The notes under the pieces are model-generated. The model made no database searches, was not told where the DNA came from, and was given only the letters and a program-made list of their open reading frames with translations. Shown one piece after another: positions 1 to 6,215 of a stretch of 7,100 nucleotides of DNA (position 1 is the first letter of the stretch; the number at the start of each line of letters is the position of its first letter). The stretch lies in the IMG/VR virus record IMGVR_UViG_2695420456_000022; one strand, 5' to 3'. Position numbers and translations under genes: made by a program. The stretch comes from a virus. Lineage: Duplodnaviria; Heunggongvirae; Uroviricota; Caudoviricetes.

Positions 1-217
1 ATATGTCCTTTTATCACCATATCAAGACAAGCCATTGATTTAATTAAATAATCTTCACTGAAAAAAGTGCCAAAAATCGCAAATTGACTACACCATTAAC
101 TACACCGTTCGGTGCACCGTATGAAACAACGTGGAACAAATAGACACAAGAAATATACAGGCGGATCATCTTTCCAGGGGGAAGCGCACCAATTCATGAG
201 GGGCGTTAATGTCTATA

Positions 218-250
218 TGGGGATCCCCACCTACCGGAATTTTTTTCCGG
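218..250. promoter_or_regulatory. Palindrome TGGGGATCCCCA plus CCGGAA-T5-TTCCGG hairpin
   Basis: Perfect 12-bp palindrome at 218-229. Inverted repeat CCGGAA (234-239) / TTCCGG (245-250) with a T5 loop. Function unknown; possible weak plus-strand terminator or protein-binding site. Confidence 0.3.
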
Positions 251-371
251 TTAAACGTTAATCAGGCTGGTGGGCTTTACCTGTTCGGTAGGTGTTATGA
301 TTATCGTAATACCTTTCCCCCAATGGGGTAAAAGCATCAACCGTAACGAAAGTCGTTATGGTTGCCACTGA

Positions 372-452
372 TACCCCAAATTTGGGTATCACGAGTAAGC
401 CCCAAAATCTGGGTGTTACTCTTACTACCCAAACTACGGGTAGTTTCCGTAG
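372..452. repeat. Three phased, degenerate ~27-bp tandem repeats with a conserved dyad core ACCC(C)AAA-N3/4-GGGT
   Basis: R1 372-398 TACCCCAAATTTGGGTATCACGAGTAA; R2 399-425 GCCCCAAAATCTGGGTGTTACTCTTAC; R3 426-452 TACCCAAACTACGGGTAGTTTCCGTAG. R1/R2 identical at 17 of 27 positions. R1 core is a near-palindrome (GATACCCCAAATTTGGGTATC). Related cores at 316-328 and 705-716. Confidence 0.6.
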
Positions 453-462
453 TTTCATGGTC

Positions 463-482
463 GAGTTGCAGATCTGCAACTC
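463..482. repeat. Perfect 20-bp palindrome GAGTTGCAGATCTGCAACTC
   Basis: The sequence is its own reverse complement. It lies immediately after the 27-bp repeats in a region with no convincing ORF. Confidence 0.7.
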
Positions 483-523
483 CCCCATTAACCACAGGCG
501 AATTTCCGCCTTCGGTCATTCCT

Positions 524-574
524 TAATCATCTGCGTAATCATAATGATTATTCAGCAAGCGCAATTTTGCGCTT
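524..574. promoter_or_regulatory. Operator-like motif cluster: TAATCAT twice direct plus once inverted, then a GC hairpin
   Basis: TAATCAT at 524-530 and 536-542, inverted copy ATGATTA at 544-550 (15-bp palindrome 536-550). 8-bp-arm inverted repeat AAGCGCAA-TT-TTGCGCTT at 557-574. Confidence 0.4.
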
Positions 575-736
575 TGCTTAAAGTTCAGCGAGTTACCGCG
601 CCGACTTCCTCAAATTGAGGTTTCCGAAAATATCAGCGGGTTAGCGATTAAGCTGACCATTAATTAAACTGCGAAAATGTCGTAGTTGTGAGGGGTGTAG
701 CCAACCCATTTTTGGGCCGTCGGGAATATCAACCAG

Positions 737-1018
737 TTACCGCCGCAACCGCTCCGGCTTCTTCCAGTGGTACGTTATTTTCTCCTTCTCCCGATACATC
801 TCCACGCGGCGACGGTAGGCCAGCAACTCAAGAACTCTGGTTCGTATGTTGCGCATATCCACGCCATTAAGTTCTATACCATCACGGCGCATCACCTCAG
901 CAACAACACGCGCATAGTTTTCGGCTGTCACGCTGTCCGGCTGCGTGGCCTGTTCGTCAGCCTGCTGGCTGATTCCGGCAACGCGGCGGATTAATCCCGT
1001 TATTTCGGCTTCTGTCAT
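737..1018 (-). CDS. Hypothetical protein (93 aa), last gene of the operon
   Basis: ATG start 13 nt after the terL stop with a GAGG SD 8 nt upstream (TAATGAGGTCAGCAGCATG). Charged, basic C-terminus (KITYHWKKPERLRR). No family recognised. Confidence 0.55.
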   Translation of the reverse strand: MTEAEITGLIRRVAGISQQADEQATQPDSVTAENYARVVAEVMRRDGIELNGVDMRNIRTRVLELLAYRRRVEMYREKEKITYHWKKPERLRR

Positions 1019-1031
1019 GCTGCTGACCTCA

Positions 1032-2693
1032 TTACACCCCGCTAAATTCTTCCAGTTTCTGGCGGTGGCTGTCGCTTATATCAAAAGCAAAATCCTCATG
1101 CTCTGCCTGGAATGTACCAAACGCCATCAGCGCCGCCACGCTCGGGTCTATCTTGTTCGGTGATTTTTTCTTGTTCGGCTTGATATTGGCGTTCGCGTCA
1201 CTCTGCATCACGACGTTACTCATCGACCAGGACAACACCGGATCGCCACGATGCACAATCACCCTGCGGTTAACAAAAACTTCGAACGATTTCGCCGCCG
1301 GACTGAATCTGAGGTAGGTTTGCGGGAACGGCTCCACCTCAAAACCTGCCCCCTGTAATTGCGTTCTGAGATGCGTGGCGTTCCACGTATCAAAGCCCAC
1401 CAGCCTGATATTAAATTTCTCCGCGTCCTGCATGATGTCATCTCTGATCCGGTCGTAATCAATGCAGTCGCCAGGCGTTGTGCGTATCCAGCCTGCTTTA
1501 GCCCACTGACGATAGATGGCGCGGTTTTTATTGGCGGGGTTCTGTAGCTGGAACTCCGGCAGATAATGACGGGAAACCAGCATAATGGTTTTACCTACCG
1601 GAAAGGCATAGCACACGCTGGAAATATCGCTTGTGGATGATAAATCCAGCCCCGCGTAACACTCCTGGCCGTGTAAATCTTCCTCCGTGAACGTTCCGGC
1701 ACACTCAGCCCATGCGCCGTTACCCATCCACGGGGTAGTCCCCTGACACCAGATATTAAATCGCTTTGTCATCATCTCCACCCACTGCGACGGAATACCC
1801 CGCGCTTTCTGGATGGTTGAGGCCAGTTTTTCACGATCCACGGAAACATCAATATTAGGGTTCGCCTTTATCCACATCGCCGGATCATCAACCTCGTTTT
1901 CGTCGTCCAGTTCGTAAATCAGTACAAAAATTGAATCGTTAACCTCTTCGCCGTCCAGGATCTGGCAGCAATAATCATAGTGCTGCTTACAGGCTGAAAC
2001 GACGTTGCTGCCTGATGTGGTAATGGCAAATAACAGCCCTTCGGGACGTGCGCCCATCCCCAGCTCAAGCGCGGAATAAACGCCGTTATCGGGGTGCAAG
2101 TGGTATTCGTCCACGATGGAAAGGCTGGGGTTTGTTCCCTCGATGGTTGCCGCTTTTGCTGCCAGCGGCTTTAACAGGCTGTTGCTTTTCGGGTGTATCA
2201 CCTTATGCGCCTGAATATTCACCCGCCTGCGTAACGGTCGGGATAAAAGGCACATCTGACGCGCATCATCAAAGACGATCCGCGCCTGGTCACGGCTCAC
2301 CGCTGCGGTGTAGATATCCTGCTGACCGTTCTCCATAATCAGAAACCAGTTAGCCAGAATCGCGGCGGTCGTTGATTTCGCATTTTTGCGCGGCACTTCG
2401 ATAAAGGCGCTCGTATATTTGCGCCGTCCGGTGGCCTTAACCTTAAAGCCGAGGATGCACGCAAAGGCGAACTGCTGCCACGGCTCCAGCTCAATGGGTC
2501 TGCCACGCATCGGCCCTTTTACGTGCGGGCACACCCTGGAAAAGGCAATAAACCGATCCACAACCTCACGATCGAACGTGTAAAGGGGGCTTTTAAGGTC
2601 CGAAAAGTACCGTTTAACGGCCTGTTTCAGCCGTTTACAGGCCGGAATTTTGCCCGTTTTTACGTCTTCTGCGTACCTATTCCAGGCGGTCAA
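1032..2693 (-). CDS. terL: Terminase large subunit (ATPase + nuclease), HK97-like Terminase_1 type
   Basis: 553-aa ORF with a P-loop-like VPRKNAKSTTAAI, Walker B-like LSIVDEYH and a C-terminal nuclease-like region (AGLDLSS..., LVGFDTWN). The start codon at 2693-2691 is TTG, preceded by GAGGA at about -11. Confidence 0.92.
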   Translation of the reverse strand: MTAWNRYAEDVKTGKIPACKRLKQAVKRYFSDLKSPLYTFDREVVDRFIAFSRVCPHVKGPMRGRPIELEPWQQFAFACILGFKVKATGRRKYTSAFIEVPRKNAKSTTAAILANWFLIMENGQQDIYTAAVSRDQARIVFDDARQMCLLSRPLRRRVNIQAHKVIHPKSNSLLKPLAAKAATIEGTNPSLSIVDEYHLHPDNGVYSALELGMGARPEGLLFAITTSGSNVVSACKQHYDYCCQILDGEEVNDSIFVLIYELDDENEVDDPAMWIKANPNIDVSVDREKLASTIQKARGIPSQWVEMMTKRFNIWCQGTTPWMGNGAWAECAGTFTEEDLHGQECYAGLDLSSTSDISSVCYAFPVGKTIMLVSRHYLPEFQLQNPANKNRAIYRQWAKAGWIRTTPGDCIDYDRIRDDIMQDAEKFNIRLVGFDTWNATHLRTQLQGAGFEVEPFPQTYLRFSPAAKSFEVFVNRRVIVHRGDPVLSWSMSNVVMQSDANANIKPNKKKSPNKIDPSVAALMAFGTFQAEHEDFAFDISDSHRQKLEEFSGV

Positions 2694-3033
2694 GCTCGTC
2701 CTCTTCTTCTGTTTCCGGTGGATTTTTACGGCGGCTTATCGGGTCAAAACCGAGCAAGGAGGCCATTTTTATCATCACTCTTTCCGCGTCGGATTTCGCG
2801 CTTAATGCGGGGTTTCTGCTCTCGCCGCCCTGACTGTTAACAATGCTGAACCCGCGCGCCGCAAGGTCTGCGACGGCTTTCCGGTATATCGAGTAATTGA
2901 CGCAATACAGTTCCAGATTGCTCCAGTCGGCGGGAGTCAGGTCACCCCGTTCCGCAAGCTGCCGCGATTTTTCCCGCCACTGCTTCACGGCGATATCATC
3001 CAGGTAGGCGGGGGCTTTCGGTGGTCTTGCCAT
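2677..3033 (-). CDS. terS: Terminase small subunit (P27-family-like)
   Basis: 118-aa ORF directly upstream of and overlapping terL by 17 nt. Sequence (YLDDIAVKQWRE...LELYCVNYSIYRKA...GGESRNPALSA...LLGFDPISRRK) fits my recollection of P27-family small terminases, with an acidic C-terminus. Confidence 0.82.
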   Translation of the reverse strand: MARPPKAPAYLDDIAVKQWREKSRQLAERGDLTPADWSNLELYCVNYSIYRKAVADLAARGFSIVNSQGGESRNPALSAKSDAERVMIKMASLLGFDPISRRKNPPETEEEDELDRLE

Positions 3034-3156
3034 GCTTATTTTTTCGCCAGATTATTTTTCAAAAAATTCCCGTGCATAAAAATTTGAGGAGGCGGTCGGT
3101 GCCCGGCGGGGTCGGGTTTGTCCTGAAAACGCCCCCCACCCCGTCATACAGCCTCA
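3034..3156 (-). promoter_or_regulatory. Intergenic region upstream of terS; candidate cos/packaging-initiation region and/or terS promoter
   Basis: About 120 bp non-coding gap between the small ORF and the terS start. It holds a GC-rich tract (3086-3116, GAGGAGGCGGTCGGTGCCCGGCGGGGTCGGG, with GGTCGG twice), a poly-C/poly-G run (3131-3143) and an AT-rich tract next to terS. The position (HNH / gap / terS) is where HK97-like phages place cos. Confidence 0.3.
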
Positions 3157-3339
3157 TCAGCGATTGCGGAAACATTCCATAACCTCGCGGTCACGGTCGG
3201 TTAATCGCTTCGCTGTGATGCGTTCTGCGCATCCTGACGCTTTATCTTTATGCCCTGTTTCCTGTGTCTTCCATGCGTCACGCTGCCTTATAAGTCCACG
3301 GATAAGGCGGTTTTGTTCCCGCTCATTCATCAGCGTCAT
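3157..3339 (-). CDS. Hypothetical small basic protein (57-60 aa), speculative
   Basis: This is the 3' part of the 134-aa track ORF 3157..3561, which extends beyond the HNH stop. Candidate starts are ATG 3339 or ATG 3330, the latter overlapping the HNH stop as ATGAATGA. Product MTLMNEREQNRLIRGLIRQRDAWKTQETGHKDKASGCAERITAKRLTDRDREVMECFRNR. Weak SD; could be a chance ORF. Confidence 0.25.
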   Translation of the reverse strand: MTLMNEREQNRLIRGLIRQRDAWKTQETGHKDKASGCAERITAKRLTDRDREVMECFRNR

Positions 3340-3763
3340 ACATCCAGTTATTGCGGTTAGCGGCCCGTTCTTCCTCTTCACGAAATCCACCTGCGGCACG
3401 CTTACTTTTTGTTGCCGGATCAAGCCATTTCGTTTTCTGGTTATGGCACGCCTGACACAATGGTTGATGGTTCCATTCGGGCCAGAAGAGAACATCATCA
3501 CCGCCATTAATCGGGATAATGTGATCCACCACCACGGCGGGCGTATATATCCCCTTCTCAAGGCATCGCACGCATAACGGGTTTTTACTCAGATACATGG
3601 CGCGGTATTTGTCCCACTGTCTGGAGTACCCACGCGCGCGGCGGTGTCCTCGTCTGGCATCCTCTGCACGCCATGCCGCCCGCCTGTGCTCCTCACACTT
3701 GCCGGACTTCACGCGCCTGTTACAGCCTGGTTCTGTGCATCGTCTTAATGGTTGCCACGGCAT
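3323..3763 (-). CDS. HNH endonuclease (terminase-associated)
   Basis: 146-aa ORF with Cys pairs (CTEPGC, CVRC, CQAC) and HNH core VVDHIIPINGGDD...NHQPLCQACHNQK. Start ATG overlaps the connector stop (TGATG, 3761-3765). It lies immediately upstream of terS, as in HK97-like cos phages. Confidence 0.85.
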   Translation of the reverse strand: MPWQPLRRCTEPGCNRRVKSGKCEEHRRAAWRAEDARRGHRRARGYSRQWDKYRAMYLSKNPLCVRCLEKGIYTPAVVVDHIIPINGGDDVLFWPEWNHQPLCQACHNQKTKWLDPATKSKRAAGGFREEEERAANRNNWMYDADE

Positions 3764-4059
3764 CAGTACACCCCCACATCACGGTAAGCCGTCCAGAGTG
3801 CACCAATCGTCATGGGTACGCGTGTTTTTGCGTTATCCGCGACAATCTGGCGATTTTCATACAGGTGAGCGATAAACATCATGCAGCCAATCTTTATGGC
3901 TGGCGTGAACTCCAGCCCGTCATCAAAGCGCCTGCCTATGTGTATCTGGCACGCCTCAAGCGATGCGGCAATGTATCCGCTGATTAACTGGTCTTCCTCG
4001 TCGCCATCGATGCGGCAATGGAGTTTCACTTCTTCCAGGGTGATAAGTTCTTCTGTCAT
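3763..4059 (-). CDS. gp6-like head-tail connector protein
   Basis: 98-aa ORF; N-terminus ITLEEVKLHCRIDGDEEDQLISGYIAAS matches the L.E.K.HLRID.D.DD.LI..I.AA signature of gp6-like connectors. ATGA overlap with the upstream gene stop (4056-4059). Confidence 0.7.
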   Translation of the reverse strand: MTEELITLEEVKLHCRIDGDEEDQLISGYIAASLEACQIHIGRRFDDGLEFTPAIKIGCMMFIAHLYENRQIVADNAKTRVPMTIGALWTAYRDVGVY

Positions 4060-4394
4060 TTTTCCGCGCCCTCACGACAAAGAATTTCAAGGCGTGTCCT
4101 GGCGGCATCCGGCAGCGGCTGCCCGATGATATTCAGTACACGCCCCGCCAGCGGCCCCGTATTGACCTTTATCCGGCTGGTGGCGTTGATGTCCTTCCTG
4201 TAGCGTATCCATACCCTTACCGTTCCAGTCGCCAGTTCTGCACCCGATGAAATGGCCTCCTTGCTGCTGATCATGTTCACGCTTGCCCAGAGTGTGTGAC
4301 CGTCCACCCACGTTTCGAGTATTTCGCCCGTCATGGCTCTGGTCTGTTTCAGGGTCTGAATCGTTACCCTGTCACGCAGTCGCCCTATGTTCAT
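4056..4394 (-). CDS. Head-closure / head-tail adaptor protein (HK97 gp7-like, Phage_H_T_join-like); the ORF track starts it at 4436, but the ATG at 4394 is favoured
   Basis: Sequence MNIGRLRDRVTIQ...VRVWIRYRKDI...RLEILCRE matches the head-closure family pattern. The ATG at 4394-4392 overlaps the portal stop (4393-4391) as ATGA and has AGGGAG upstream; the 4436 ATG has no SD. Confidence 0.7.
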   Translation of the reverse strand: MNIGRLRDRVTIQTLKQTRAMTGEILETWVDGHTLWASVNMISSKEAISSGAELATGTVRVWIRYRKDINATSRIKVNTGPLAGRVLNIIGQPLPDAARTRLEILCREGAEK

Positions 4395-5602
4395 TCCGGT
4401 TTTTCTCCCTCGCTGATTTTTACTTCCTGTTTCCATGCCTGGCTGAACTCATCACCACCATCACGCGGTGACAGTCCTTCACGTTCGCGGGCTTCGTTCG
4501 GACACATAACGCCGGATTTGATGCCGCGCTCATAGGTGGCAAAGCGTTCGCCAGGTGTGGCCCGTAACAGGTCCGCGCTGTCAAACTCCACCTGATACCG
4601 GATACCAGGTACAGGCGAGGCCACCAGCAGGGCGTTTTTTATCTGCTGCTCAAAGTTCGCCAGCCACGGGCGCATCGTCATGGTGAGAAATGCGCGGCTT
4701 GCCTCGCTGAAATTGCTGTAGGTGCTGTTGCTGTATTCCTGCAAAAAAATCGGCGAGACGTTGAACATTCTGGCGATGTCTTCAATGGTGAAGCGACGGG
4801 AGGCCAGCCATTCAGCATCCTGATTACTCATGCCCAGCTGCTGATAGCTCATACCCCCTTCAAGGATGGGCGTTTTTCCGGCGTTTCTGGCCCCTTTGTA
4901 GCGTTCCAGTGCGGCTAATGCCTGTTTGCCCTTCACGCCGTCCAGCCATTCGCCTGACGTGATAACCCCTGCCGCCATCATGCCATCACGCATCACGCTC
5001 GCGCCGTGGCGTTGTTGGGCCAGCCCAAGCCCCAGCGATTCGCGGCAGATGGTTACAGGTGAGCGCCCCATAAAACCGTCATCCGTGGAGTAACGAAGGT
5101 GGAGAACCTCCCACGGTAAATAGTTGCGGGTGTTTCCGGTGTAGGCGTCAGTGATGCAGTAGCGCCAGTTATGCTCACCTGTCTGCTCAACGTTCACCGA
5201 CTGCGGCGGGTAAGGATGCAAAGCGACCGGAAAACCATCACGCCCCCACTGAATCACCGCATAAGCATTACCGTTTAACAGGCAGTGGCGGATCATCATT
5301 CGCTTAAACTGGTAGGGGGTTTGCCATGCGTTCGGGCGCTCGTTGAGGATGTGATCGACCGGATGAGAATCAAGCCACTCGCGGGCCTCCTTCCCCTTCT
5401 CATTGCGTACCAGGTACAGGTAACACGGCATGGTAGCCACCGCCTCAGAGATGACCGTCACGGCGTTCATGACGGCGGGCAGTGATTCCGCTGTCCCCGA
5501 TGATACGTACTCACCCGCCCCCGTGTTCGATGTGCCAGCCAGCGCCATAAACTCATCAAGCGTCATGCTGCGCTGCTCTTTTTTTCTTCTGAAAGGCCAC
5601 AT
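4391..5602 (-). CDS. Portal protein, HK97 family
   Basis: 403-aa ORF whose length and conserved blocks (LLNGNAYAVIQW, EVLHLRYSTDDGFMGRSP, RFTIEDIARMFNVSPIFL, RPWLANFEQ) fit the HK97-type portal pattern. Its start is 1 nt after the protease stop, and a GGGGGTG SD-like element lies upstream. Confidence 0.88.
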   Translation of the reverse strand: MWPFRRKKEQRSMTLDEFMALAGTSNTGAGEYVSSGTAESLPAVMNAVTVISEAVATMPCYLYLVRNEKGKEAREWLDSHPVDHILNERPNAWQTPYQFKRMMIRHCLLNGNAYAVIQWGRDGFPVALHPYPPQSVNVEQTGEHNWRYCITDAYTGNTRNYLPWEVLHLRYSTDDGFMGRSPVTICRESLGLGLAQQRHGASVMRDGMMAAGVITSGEWLDGVKGKQALAALERYKGARNAGKTPILEGGMSYQQLGMSNQDAEWLASRRFTIEDIARMFNVSPIFLQEYSNSTYSNFSEASRAFLTMTMRPWLANFEQQIKNALLVASPVPGIRYQVEFDSADLLRATPGERFATYERGIKSGVMCPNEAREREGLSPRDGGDEFSQAWKQEVKISEGEKPE

Positions 5603-5603
5603 A

Positions 5604-6176
5604 TCACACCCCCGCTAAATCCGCCCACCAGCGGCGATTATCCGCACGCGGCATTTTTTCGGGGTGCTGCTCATACAGGGAACGGCGGGCCAGCTCCACG
5701 TCGGAATCAGGGTAAGCCGGTACGGATGTAACGGTAATTTCGTACAGTTCCGCCACCAGCACGGTGCGCACGCATGGATCTGTTGTGGTATCCCATACAT
5801 CCTTACGGGAACGAAAGCCAAAGCTCATGCCGGATATATCACCTCGTTTAACCAGTTCGATAACGTCGCGCCCTGTACTGGTATCCGGTGGGGTCAGTTC
5901 AAAGCGTAACCCTGTTTCGTCCTCTTCCAGTTTCAGCGTGCCGGAACGGGTGCGCCCCAGTAACATGCTGTGGTCATGCTCATACAGGCCGCGAACGTCA
6001 TTACCCGCCGCAAGCCATTCAGTAAACGCCCCCCGCTGGAATTTTTCGTAAAACTCACCCCATAACAGTTCTGAAAGCTTATCCCAGCGAACAATGTAGC
6101 CCGTCAGCGTACCGGCTCCGCTGGTGGTGATTTCCGATGACCGGATTTCCATACTCTTCATAATTTTTTCACCCAT
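5604..6176 (-). CDS. Prohead maturation protease, HK97 family (S78-like)
   Basis: 190-aa ORF with motifs GYIVRWD, GAF, YEHDHSMLLGRT (candidate catalytic His) and GMSFGF (candidate catalytic Ser), then YEITVTSVPAYP. ATG at 6176 has no obvious SD; the ATG at 6161 (MKSMEIR...) is preceded by GGGTGA and may be the true start. Confidence 0.85.
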   Translation of the reverse strand: MGEKIMKSMEIRSSEITTSGAGTLTGYIVRWDKLSELLWGEFYEKFQRGAFTEWLAAGNDVRGLYEHDHSMLLGRTRSGTLKLEEDETGLRFELTPPDTSTGRDVIELVKRGDISGMSFGFRSRKDVWDTTTDPCVRTVLVAELYEITVTSVPAYPDSDVELARRSLYEQHPEKMPRADNRRWWADLAGV

Positions 6177-6185
6177 AAAACACTA

Positions 6186-6205
6186 AAGGGGCTTTTAAGC
6201 CCCTT
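6186..6205 (-). terminator. Hairpin between capsid and protease genes; possible partial intrinsic terminator or attenuator
   Basis: Inverted repeat AAGGGGCTT (6186-6194) / AAGCCCCTT (6197-6205). On the coding (minus) strand it lies just after the capsid stop codon (6216-6218) and is followed by TTTAGTGTTTTAT before the protease ATG. The U-tract is interrupted, so it is not a textbook terminator. Confidence 0.35.
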
Positions 6206-6215
6206 CTGTATGCTA

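Noticed and set aside
121-261. Plus-strand 46-aa ORF (MKQRGTNRHKKYTGGSSFQGEAHQFMRGVNVYMGIPTYRNFFPVKR)
   Set aside because: Short, no clear SD, and it runs through palindromic DNA. Not supportable without conservation or expression data. The 234-250 hairpin near its end could equally terminate a transcript entering from the left.
372-482. CRISPR array or type III toxin-antitoxin RNA repeat array
   Set aside because: Only three degenerate 27-bp units with no unique spacers between them, so not CRISPR-like. No toxin-like ORF lies immediately downstream in either orientation, so a ToxIN-like system is unsupported in this window.
358-618. Plus-strand 86-aa ORF (and minus-strand ORFs 258..488, 337..519) across the repeat region
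   Set aside because: Translations are low-complexity and periodic because of the 27-bp DNA repeats and palindromes. No SD, and the reading frames on both strands mirror each other. More likely non-coding.
1-736. tRNA/tmRNA gene as integration target at the left end
   Set aside because: I found no T-arm-like GGTTCGANTCC (or its reverse complement) and no acceptor-stem/CCA arrangement by eye. Not excluded; a covariance-model search is needed.
2048-2840. Plus-strand ORFs 2048..2338, 2386..2583 and 2523..2840 antisense to terL/terS
   Set aside because: They lie entirely within well-supported minus-strand genes, with Arg/Pro/Ser-rich translations typical of antisense frames in GC-rich coding DNA.
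3034-3060. Sigma70 promoter immediately upstream of terS
   Set aside because: The AT-rich tract contains TTGAAA but no convincing -10 hexamer at proper spacing. terS is more likely transcribed from upstream as part of the operon.
3157-3561. Full 134-aa minus-strand ORF 3157..3561
   Set aside because: Its first ~74 codons overlap the HNH gene in another frame; HNH is motif-supported. Only the 3' part (3157..3339) is kept as a low-confidence candidate.
3164-3987. Plus-strand ORFs 3164..3577, 3597..3875 and 3673..3987 antisense to HNH and the connector
   Set aside because: Antisense to motif-supported genes, no recognisable domains, Cys/Arg/His-rich junk-like composition.
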